A stretch of DNA of 64,000 bases from Thermoplasmatales archaeon (GTDB lineage Archaea > Thermoplasmatota > Thermoplasmata > Thermoplasmatales > GCA-001856825): contig DAHWIJ010000033.1 in the NCBI GenBank assembly GCA_027345195.1, positions 12,860 through 76,859 of the forward strand, given 5' to 3'. This document shows, piece by piece, positions 56,835 through 64,000 of the stretch. Position 1 is the stretch's first letter; each line of letters starts with the position of its first letter. Made by a program: the position numbers and the translations under genes. The notes beneath the pieces are model-generated. The model searched no databases. It was given only the letters and a program-made list of their open reading frames with translations, and was not told the origin of the DNA.

Positions 56835-57991
56835 TGCTTATTGAGAACGTAAACATCGCGACCCCTCCAAATAATAAGTTTGTTTCTGGCAAATCCCTAG
56901 ACTCACTTGAAATTCTTGAGCATCAAGATATAAGAGTATCCAACGGAAAAATTGAAAGCATCACACCCTCGTCCCATCCTGAAAGCGGTGGGAGCTGGGT
57001 AATTCCTGCATTCTGCGATCCGCACACACATCCAGTATTCGCCGGGACTAGGGAAGATGAGATAGACCTTAAGAAAAAGATAGGGTATGCAGAAGTCCTG
57101 AAGAGAGGTGGTGGGATATATAGGACAATCAAGTCCACGGCTGAGTCAGATGACTACGCCCTTTACAGCGAATCCAAAAGCCGGGTTCTCGGCATGATGA
57201 GAAACGGGACCTCAATCTTCGAGTGCAAAACTGGGTACGGCATAACGAGTGAGGGTGAGGAGAGGATGCTAAGGGTAGCAGAACGCTTGGAAAGAGAGCT
57301 CAAGATAAAGATCAAGAAAACGCTTCTTGCTCATGTTATCCCAAAGGGAGTAAGGGAGGATGTTTACCTCAGAGAATTCAAAGGGATGATCGAGGAGTTC
57401 AGGAATAGGATTGACTATGTTGATGTTTTTGTTGACTACGGGGCTTTTTCGCCTTCGTTTGCGCGTGATGCCATCGAGTTTTCGAACTCAATGGGAATTC
57501 CCGGGAGGGTGCACCTCAACGAGATCGAGAACTTAAATGGTATAGAGAAACTCAGGGGGTTGGACATAAAATCGTACGATCACATGATAGAAACCAGGGA
57601 CGACGAAATTGATAGCATAAGGGGGGCTGTCACAATTCTTCCATTCACAGCCATCACTCTCGGCAAAGGCCTCTCATTATTTGGTAAGATGAAGACGAAA
57701 GGAACAATAATGGCCATTGGGTCTGATCTTTCGCCCAACACCTATGTGACCTCACTTCCTCTGGTTATTTCCCTCGCTCGCCAGCTATCACCTTTCTCCA
57801 TTGAGAACCTCTTGAACATGAGCACGCTGAACGCCTGCTACACCCTCTCTCTGTCAGAATCCTCAGGAAGTATCCAAAAGGGAAAGGATGCCAACCTGAT
57901 ATTTCTTAAGGAGAGCTACAAGATGGTCGGATACAAGTTCGGTGATGACCTGGTTGAGAGGGTTATGATCAACGGAAAATTTGTAACCTGA
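56834..57991 (+). CDS. hutI: Imidazolonepropionase-like amidohydrolase (HutI family)
   Basis: FCDPHTHPVFAGTREDE...EVLKRGGGIYRTIKSTAES parallels the HutI N-terminal block. The start overlaps the trxB stop (TAATG). No hutH or hutU in the window. Confidence 0.65.
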   Translation: MLIENVNIATPPNNKFVSGKSLDSLEILEHQDIRVSNGKIESITPSSHPESGGSWVIPAFCDPHTHPVFAGTREDEIDLKKKIGYAEVLKRGGGIYRTIKSTAESDDYALYSESKSRVLGMMRNGTSIFECKTGYGITSEGEERMLRVAERLERELKIKIKKTLLAHVIPKGVREDVYLREFKGMIEEFRNRIDYVDVFVDYGAFSPSFARDAIEFSNSMGIPGRVHLNEIENLNGIEKLRGLDIKSYDHMIETRDDEIDSIRGAVTILPFTAITLGKGLSLFGKMKTKGTIMAIGSDLSPNTYVTSLPLVISLARQLSPFSIENLLNMSTLNACYTLSLSESSGSIQKGKDANLIFLKESYKMVGYKFGDDLVERVMINGKFVT

Positions 57992-58331
57992 CGGGGACCT
58001 AGGGGTGTTACGTGACTGTTTTCAAAGACCATTTGTAAATCAGCGCAATTTTGCAGAGAGCCCAAGCGTATGCAGTGATTTATAATGATAAGTTGAAATG
58101 ATCAGGGGCCACCGTCCAAAATTCAGGTTGGGCTATGACTATTGCAGGCAAAAATCGCCCTTCATATCCTTCACTTGCGCAAATCCATTACAAAGCTAAC
58201 CCTCCCTGCGGATTTTACTGTCAACCCCTTATCCTCTTGCGTCGTAATCACTCAGCTCTAGGTCAGCTCCGCTTTTCCATAATTCGAGGAGATTTCAGAA
58301 ATCGATATAAGGTACCATAAAATCAGGTAAT

Positions 58332-59579
58332 ATGAGCCAGCTTCCCTTCTTTACTCTGGGCGATTTCGACTTAGCCGGGAAATCGGTCCTTTTGAGGGTG
58401 GACATAAATTCTCCTATTGACCCGAGAACAGGGAACATTCTTGATGATGCGAGATTCAGGGCTCATCTAGAGACGATAGAGGCTCTCTCGAGAGCAAAGG
58501 TATCCATCCTGGCCCATCAGAGCAGACCGGGGAAGAATGATTTTGTCAGTTTGAAGGTACACGCATCCCATTTCTCTAATATACTGAAGCGAAGAGTAAA
58601 GTTCCTTGGGGGCCTTTTTGACGATTCAACTCTCGAAGAGATAGATTCCTCAGAACCTGGAGATATTCTCATGCTCGAAAACACTAGGTTCTTCTCTGAG
58701 GAGGTAGTACTTGCAGAAGACAAACTGGAAGTGATGGAAAAGACACACATCGTGACTAACCTTGCGCACCACGCGGATTATTTCGTTAACGATGCCTTCG
58801 CGGCAGCCCACAGAAGCAACGTGACACTGGTTGGTTTCAGCAGGATGATGCCGAACATTGCTGGCAGGCTGATGGAGAAGGAAATAGTTGGAATCGAAAA
58901 ATTTTTCTCCATAGAAGGGAAGAACCGGATAGGAATATTCGGGGGGGCCAAGGCTGATGACTCGATCAAGATAATAGACAAGATGTTAAGCGAAGGAAAA
59001 CTTGATAAGGTTGTCACGGGGGGTCTAGTGGGGCACGTGTTTTTAATAGCGGGTGGAATGGATATGGGCAGCAAGAACGTGGAAATTCTACGAAAAGAAG
59101 TCGGAAATTATGAGAAAATTCTACGTGAAGCCGAGAAGCTGCTTGCACGCTACAGGGAAGCGATCCTCACCCCAGTCGATTTTCTTGGAAGCGAAAATGG
59201 GAAAGCCAAGCATTACAAGATAGATAACTTCAGGAAGGACATTCCAGCTATGGACATTGGAGTCGATACTATAGCAAATTATGCGTCTATAATCAAGAAC
59301 TCCGATTCCGTAATGCTGAATGGCCCGATGGGAGTGTTCGAGCTAAATGACTTCGCGGCAGGAACGGAAGAGATATTTACTGCCGTCGCACGATCGTCAG
59401 GTTACAAGGTCGCAGGAGGGGGTCACACACTAGCAGCTCTCGAAAAGATGGGCATAGGTGAGAGCCAAATCAACCACATATCAACAGGAGGGGGGGCTCT
59501 CATTAGTTATCTGGCAGGTGAGCCGATGCCAGGTATAGAGTCGCTGAAGGCATCAAAGAATAAATTTGGAGGAAATTAG
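58332..59579 (+). CDS. pgk: Phosphoglycerate kinase (archaeal)
   Basis: LLRVDINSPIDPRTG, NDAFAAAHR and STGGGA blocks; 415 aa. Confidence 0.95.
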   Translation: MSQLPFFTLGDFDLAGKSVLLRVDINSPIDPRTGNILDDARFRAHLETIEALSRAKVSILAHQSRPGKNDFVSLKVHASHFSNILKRRVKFLGGLFDDSTLEEIDSSEPGDILMLENTRFFSEEVVLAEDKLEVMEKTHIVTNLAHHADYFVNDAFAAAHRSNVTLVGFSRMMPNIAGRLMEKEIVGIEKFFSIEGKNRIGIFGGAKADDSIKIIDKMLSEGKLDKVVTGGLVGHVFLIAGGMDMGSKNVEILRKEVGNYEKILREAEKLLARYREAILTPVDFLGSENGKAKHYKIDNFRKDIPAMDIGVDTIANYASIIKNSDSVMLNGPMGVFELNDFAAGTEEIFTAVARSSGYKVAGGGHTLAALEKMGIGESQINHISTGGGALISYLAGEPMPGIESLKASKNKFGGN

Positions 59580-59984
59580 ATGACACAGGATTCCAAGGTA
59601 GACCAGATTGTGTACAGCATGGAAGTGATCAGGCAGCAGCTGGACGAAATAGAGGGACAGATACAATCCCTCGCTCTAGTCATCCAGGACCTAGCCGTAA
59701 CCATAGATTTCCTGAAGAACATCTCCAAAGTAGAGGGGAACTCACTCATACCGATTGGCAGGGGCCTATACGTCGAGGCTGAAGTCAAGAACAAGGACAG
59801 GGTGGTAGTGAGCATCGGTTCCGGAGCCTATAAGAAGTCATCGGTAGAAGATGCCATAGGCATTCTTGAGGAAAGAAGGAGTGATGCCGCAAAGGCTCTA
59901 GAAAACAGCAGGAAAACGGAGAGCGATCTTCAACAAAGGTACAGCCAGCTTGAGGAATACCTGAACAGAGTGTACAAAAAGTGA
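59580..59984 (+). CDS. pfdA: Prefoldin alpha subunit
   Basis: 134 aa: coiled-coil, two beta-hairpins (LIPIGRGLYVEAEV...VVVSIGSGAY), coiled-coil. The classic position upstream of ftsY. Confidence 0.85.
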   Translation: MTQDSKVDQIVYSMEVIRQQLDEIEGQIQSLALVIQDLAVTIDFLKNISKVEGNSLIPIGRGLYVEAEVKNKDRVVVSIGSGAYKKSSVEDAIGILEERRSDAAKALENSRKTESDLQQRYSQLEEYLNRVYKK

Positions 59985-59988
59985 ACTC

Positions 59989-60912
59989 ATGTTTGAAAAG
60001 CTAAAAGAAAAGCTAGGATTGGGAAAGAAGGAGGAGCCTGCCCCCACTGGCAGCGAAAGGGGAACCTCAATTAACGTAGTCGCTTCATCAAAGGATTTCG
60101 ATGATTTAGTCGGAAACCTGAAGATTTCCCTGATTGAGGCAGATGTAGCACTTCCGGTTGCAGACAGGATTTCGAGCGTGCTTCTGAAGAAACTTGAGGA
60201 GAAAACGATCCGGCTGAAAGGTGACAGAAGCGCGGTTCTGAAGGAGGCCGTTGGGTCGACAATCAGGGAAATTGCCACTGTGCAACCTTTAGACCTGGTT
60301 GAGATGGCTTCCAAGAAGTCCCCGTTTGTAATAATGTTTGTAGGGATGAACGGTACAGGGAAAACAACGTCGATAGCAAAACTGGCCGAACTCTTCAAGA
60401 GCAAGGGTTTCTACGTGGTGATAGCAGCGGCAGATACCTTCAGGGCGGGCGCAATAGAGCAGATCGCTCTTCATGGCGAAAGGATTGGGGTAAGGGTGGT
60501 CAAACATCAGGCAGGAGGCGATCCTGCGGCAGTGACATTCGATGCTGTCAAGCATGCCTCAAGAGTGGATAAGTCTGTTGTGCTCATAGACACGGCAGGA
60601 AGGATGCAGAACAACAAGAACCTTCTCGAGGAGATGAAGAAGATCAAGAGGATATCAAATCCCGATCTTATAATACTGACGCTAGACGCACTCTCTGGCA
60701 CGGACGTGCTGAATCAGGCTAAGCTCTTTGATGAGGCGGTTGGAATAGGCGGCTACATAATAACGAAGATAGACGCGGACGCTAAGGGAGGCTCGATAAT
60801 ATCCCTCCTCGCGGAAACGAAGAAGCCGATACTATTCGTAGGCACGGGTCAGACCTATTCTGACATTATCCCATTCAGCCTTGACTGGTATCTAGGGAGA
60901 CTGCTGGGCTAG
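59989..60912 (+). CDS. ftsY: Signal recognition particle receptor FtsY
   Basis: GMNGTGKTTSIAKLA, DTAGR and TKIDADAKGG (SRP GTPase G1, G3, G4-G5). Confidence 0.95.
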   Translation: MFEKLKEKLGLGKKEEPAPTGSERGTSINVVASSKDFDDLVGNLKISLIEADVALPVADRISSVLLKKLEEKTIRLKGDRSAVLKEAVGSTIREIATVQPLDLVEMASKKSPFVIMFVGMNGTGKTTSIAKLAELFKSKGFYVVIAAADTFRAGAIEQIALHGERIGVRVVKHQAGGDPAAVTFDAVKHASRVDKSVVLIDTAGRMQNNKNLLEEMKKIKRISNPDLIILTLDALSGTDVLNQAKLFDEAVGIGGYIITKIDADAKGGSIISLLAETKKPILFVGTGQTYSDIIPFSLDWYLGRLLG

Positions 60913-61607
60913 ACCGACGCTAGCTTCTCCCTTATTTCGTCAGGTGAAAGATCGGTCGTGATCAACGGGATTCCCTCTATCTCCGCAAGTTTTACCGCAA
61001 GCGGATCGATCCTCTTGGGCTTTATGTAAACAACAACTGCCGGCTTTATGGGATGCACCCTTACAGCGATCATTGGAGACCTCCCGAATTCGACATTCGT
61101 GAAGAATAATGCCCGCTCTGATGTCCACCCATATACCCTGAAATAATCGAAGGAGGTGAGCTTCAGTATGGCGTTGAGCGAGTCAAGAATTGTGTACCCC
61201 CTTATGCTTCTCTTTATTTCCTGCCCGCTCACTTCCCTCCCCTCTATGATCCTTATGAATTTCTGGAGGTCAACGTCATAGAAAAATTCCTTTATGTCAA
61301 GTATCACATCCTTCTCCGTGCCGAGCGAGTACTTAAGAAGAACTGGACTGCCACGCTCGTTGTCTATTTCCACCAGAGAGGTCACTAGGCTCTTGAGAAA
61401 GCTCGCGCCAGGTGACCTTCTGCGGCCCGTCTCATAGTCACTTATCACGGAAGTGTTTACCTTCATCCTTTCAGACAATTCCCTCTGGGTCACCCTGAAT
61501 TCTTCCCTCCATTTTCTTATTGTCTTTCCTGGGTCGCTCGACATGACTATCTCCCCCGAGACGTTATAGATGAGGGCCTCTGAAGATGGGAATCTGTTGC
61601 TCTTCAC
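60909..61607 (-). CDS. XRE-type HTH transcriptional regulator, archaeal COG1395-like
   Basis: IRKWREEFRVTQRELSERMKVNTSVISDYETGRR (HTH_3), followed by a roughly 150-aa C-terminal domain. Confidence 0.7.
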   Translation of the reverse strand: MKSNRFPSSEALIYNVSGEIVMSSDPGKTIRKWREEFRVTQRELSERMKVNTSVISDYETGRRRSPGASFLKSLVTSLVEIDNERGSPVLLKYSLGTEKDVILDIKEFFYDVDLQKFIRIIEGREVSGQEIKRSIRGYTILDSLNAILKLTSFDYFRVYGWTSERALFFTNVEFGRSPMIAVRVHPIKPAVVVYIKPKRIDPLAVKLAEIEGIPLITTDLSPDEIREKLASV

Positions 61608-61656
61608 TATGATCGTAATAGGTAAAACATTTTAAAGCCTTTGAAATCCTACCAGG

Positions 61657-61729
61657 GGGCTTGTGGGGTAGCCTGGTATCCTTTCGGCTTCGGGAGTCGA
61701 AGACTCCGGTCCAAATCCGGACAAGCCCA
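61657..61729 (+). tRNA. tRNA-Pro (anticodon CGG)
   Basis: Acceptor GGGCTTG/CAAGCCC+A. Anticodon arm TCGGC-TTCGGGA-GTCGA (U33, G37). T arm TCCGGTCCAAATCCGGA. The D-arm register is slightly ambiguous by eye. Confidence 0.85.
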
Positions 61730-61785
61730 TCTTGGCTTTCAGCCATAACCAAAGTATTTAATAGCAGTCGTGCGGTGTATGCTTC

Positions 61786-62646
61786 ATGCATATTAAAGCC
61801 ATCACTGTATCCGTGTTCGTTGCCCTTATAATGGTTTCGACACTAGTAGGTGCAGCAGGTCTACCTGATGTTCACTCAGGCAATCATAGAGGAGTGTTCC
61901 TAAACGATGCAGCAATGCTTGGTATTTCCTCGAGCGCATCTCTGAACTGGGCTGGGTACGTGGTTACTGGCAATGATGTGACATACGTAACTGGTTCATT
62001 TGTGGTCCCTTCAGTCGCCGTCTCGTCAGGTGCAACAGCCCATACTGGTCTACCTGGACAGGGTCACCATTCAACCTCCTCAAGCACGACTTATGCTGCA
62101 TTTTGGGTAGGAATAGACGGATACAGCAGCTCGACTGTTGAGCAAGCCGGAGTCCTTATGGAAGATTCTGGCGGAGTTGCATCATATAGCGCCTGGTACG
62201 AGTTCTATCCGGCTGCCCCAGTATATGCTTCTTGGTCTCCACAAGCGGGGGATCTCATAAGTGTTACAGTCCAATACTACTCCAATGGCACGATGGTGGC
62301 TACCGTTACTGATATCACCACTGACAACTCATTTTCTTCCCCCTACGAGCCCGCGTCTTCCTACCAAAGGAATTCAGCAGAATGGATAACAGAGGCCCCA
62401 TCATCCGCAAGGCAGATACTTCCGCTTGCTGACTTTGGTAAAGTGTATTTCGGGGTCGATTATACGAATATCCAAAATACAAACTACGCAACAATAGGCG
62501 GAACATACGGGTCTATTGCAGTGCTTTCCTCATCCTTCACAACCTACAGCCTTTCCATGGTCAACAGGAACGGTTCGCTGAAAGCAGCGCCCTCTTCGCT
62601 TTCAACTGACGGTACAAGTTTCTCAGTGACCTGGTATAGCTCTTAG
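61786..62646 (+). CDS. Secreted glutamic peptidase, family G1 (eqolisin)
   Basis: Signal/anchor helix, then NWAGYVV, VTGSFVVPSV, AAFWVGIDGY, VEQAGV (catalytic Gln context), YSAWYEFYP, SAEWITEAP (catalytic Glu context), LADFGKVYF and SFSVTWY. This is the same block order as scytalidoglutamic peptidase. Confidence 0.85.
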   Translation: MHIKAITVSVFVALIMVSTLVGAAGLPDVHSGNHRGVFLNDAAMLGISSSASLNWAGYVVTGNDVTYVTGSFVVPSVAVSSGATAHTGLPGQGHHSTSSSTTYAAFWVGIDGYSSSTVEQAGVLMEDSGGVASYSAWYEFYPAAPVYASWSPQAGDLISVTVQYYSNGTMVATVTDITTDNSFSSPYEPASSYQRNSAEWITEAPSSARQILPLADFGKVYFGVDYTNIQNTNYATIGGTYGSIAVLSSSFTTYSLSMVNRNGSLKAAPSSLSTDGTSFSVTWYSS

Positions 62647-62647
62647 C

Positions 62648-62668
62648 TTTTCTGATTTTTTATTTCTT
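62648..62668 (+). terminator. Oligo-T archaeal terminator candidate
   Basis: TTTTCTGATTTTTTATTTCTT begins 2 nt after the peptidase stop codon. Confidence 0.4.
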
Positions 62669-62813
62669 GATCCATTTATATCTGCGTTGCGCAACCTAAT
62701 AGGGTAGAGACTCTTTCGGTCGTAACAGCCCGGGCGTCACTAATGACATTGCCTATAATACATTGCACCTTTCCTTCTGGAAGGCTTTATATATATTCCA
62801 AACTTGAAGATTA

Positions 62814-63743
62814 ATGACTCTAGATCCTGACATCAAAAAGTTGCTTGAGGTAATAGAGATGAACAGTCCCAAAGACTTAAATGCCATTTCTCCGAATGAT
62901 TTTAGATCCTCATTTCGCCAGTCCGCACTCTTGTTTTCTGGACCGAAGGAGGAAGTTGAAGAGGTAAGGGATATATCGTTCCGTTACGATAATTCTGAAA
63001 TCCCACTTAGGGTCTATAGACCGCATAACGCAGGGGAAGGTGCAATTATCTACTACCACGGAGGGGGTTTTGTAATAGGGGACATAGAAGCCTATGATTC
63101 GCAATGCAGGAAAATCGCAAATTCATCAATGCAGACAGTTATATCTGTTGGTTATAGACTTGCTCCTGAATACAAATTTCCAATCTGGGCGTACGATTCG
63201 TTAGAGGCATACAGATGGGTCTTTAAGAACAGCAGTAAGCTAAATATAAACGGATCCAAGATAGCGGTATCTGGGGACAGCGCAGGCGGTAACCTTTCTT
63301 TTGTTGTTCCCCTTATGCTCCTTGATCGTAATCTGGAAGTTCCCAAGATGATCATCGCACTTTATCCATTTATAGGTGTTGACACGTTCTCTGAAACCTG
63401 GAGAGAGTATAGCCACGGTTTGTTTCTGGACAGGGAAGCCATGTCATACTTTGCAAAGATGACGAGACTGAACCCGGAGGATTTCGTTGACCCCTACTAC
63501 TCCCCAGCTCAACATTCGAACCTCTCAAACCTTCCAGAAAGCATCATAGTCACTGCAGAATACGATCCTCTGCGAGAACAGGGAGAGACGTTTCTATCTC
63601 AGATAAGAGAAGCTGGAACAAGGGCAACGGGGATACGGGCACTTGGAATGATTCACGGCTTTGCTACCTTTTCTGGGGCCTCACCTGCTGCAGATAAGAT
63701 ACTTAGGATGATATATAGGAACGCAGGCAGAGATCTGGACTAA
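62814..63743 (+). CDS. Alpha/beta-hydrolase carboxylesterase, hormone-sensitive-lipase (family IV) type
   Basis: Oxyanion YYHGGGF, nucleophile elbow GDSAGGNL, and the acid and His blocks DPLRE and HGF. Confidence 0.9.
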   Translation: MTLDPDIKKLLEVIEMNSPKDLNAISPNDFRSSFRQSALLFSGPKEEVEEVRDISFRYDNSEIPLRVYRPHNAGEGAIIYYHGGGFVIGDIEAYDSQCRKIANSSMQTVISVGYRLAPEYKFPIWAYDSLEAYRWVFKNSSKLNINGSKIAVSGDSAGGNLSFVVPLMLLDRNLEVPKMIIALYPFIGVDTFSETWREYSHGLFLDREAMSYFAKMTRLNPEDFVDPYYSPAQHSNLSNLPESIIVTAEYDPLREQGETFLSQIREAGTRATGIRALGMIHGFATFSGASPAADKILRMIYRNAGRDLD

Positions 63744-64000
63744 ACCCCTCAACTCTCTCCGGACAACTGCATAGTTGTTTCATATATCTGTGATTGGAAC
63801 TTCGTGGAGGATGCTTGTTGACGCTAGGCCACCAAGAATATCTAGAATGAAGGCAGTAATCTCAACATCTTTCTAGGTTTCATCTGGTAATCAATCTCCT
63901 TTTACCTTCCACTACCCTTCATTTAAATAAAAGGTCCTGATTTAACTATCCGATAGGTTTGACGGAGGTAGAGGTTAAGTTTTACACTCCGGTCGAATGG

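Noticed and set aside
58135-58320. 61-aa + strand ORF in the pgk upstream spacer.
   Set aside because: Its composition is odd (PPCGFYCQPLILLRRNH...), it has no SD or TATA at a sensible distance, and I recognise no family. It is treated as non-coding, though the spacer itself is flagged.
62686-62695. Perfect 10-bp palindrome GTTGCGCAAC downstream of the G1 peptidase.
   Set aside because: About 60 perfect 10-bp palindromes are expected by chance in 64 kb. It has no second copy and no positional logic.
1-64000. Searched by eye for CRISPR arrays, IS elements or transposases, integrases, toxin-antitoxin pairs, restriction-modification or other defence islands, rRNA, and tRNA introns.
   Set aside because: None were found. 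Every ORF over 60 aa that is not a shadow could be assigned to housekeeping or metabolic families, or to small hypothetical proteins. No regularly spaced direct repeats were seen. All five tRNAs fold without introns.

Overview
This is a gene-dense 64-kb chromosomal segment with roughly 65 CDSs, many overlapping by 1-25 nt, plus 5 intron-less tRNAs. It comes from an archaeon, most likely an acidophilic member of the Thermoplasmata. Archaeal markers are a thermosome, class V FBP aldolase/phosphatase, ribosomal protein L40e, RNase P Rpp21, a prefoldin-alpha/FtsY pair, ApgM, and archaeal-type CobY, CobT and CbiZ. A NAPRTase with a C-terminal zinc knuckle points to Thermoplasma relatives. An eqolisin (G1) acid protease and surface proteins crowded with N-glycosylation sequons fit acidophily. 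GC is about 44-46% by eye; I did not compute it.

The content is mostly housekeeping:
- Central carbon metabolism: apgM, pgk, fbp, ADP-forming acetyl-CoA synthetase, glnA.
- Four aminoacyl-tRNA and tRNA-modification loci: cysS, pheS, proS, queE, a Trm11-like gene and kptA.
- An NAD salvage operon: pncA-pncB.
- CoA genes: coaBC plus a pantoate-kinase-like GHMP kinase.
- A large corrinoid salvage and nucleotide-loop cluster: btuFCD-like, cbiA, cobT, cobS, cobY, cbiB, cobD, cobQ, with a distal cbiZ.
- A bacterial-style sufCBDSU operon with a divergent SufR-like regulator.
- A redox and proteostasis block: peroxiredoxin and thermosome-trxB.

I found no rRNA, CRISPR array, transposase, integrase or recognisable defence system, and no convincing novel multi-gene system. 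The observations most worth follow-up are:
- An orphan membrane-anchored CuA-type cupredoxin with a degenerate metal site and a Met-rich loop.
- The SufR-like regulator at a symmetric divergent leaderless promoter.
- A heavily eroded orphan pstB pseudogene.
- An APC permease embedded in the cob operon.
- A TrpB2-DUF1015 pair.
- A kptA reading frame that ends inside tRNA-Ala.
- The archaeal eqolisin.

All functional calls rest on motif recognition by eye. No database search was run.
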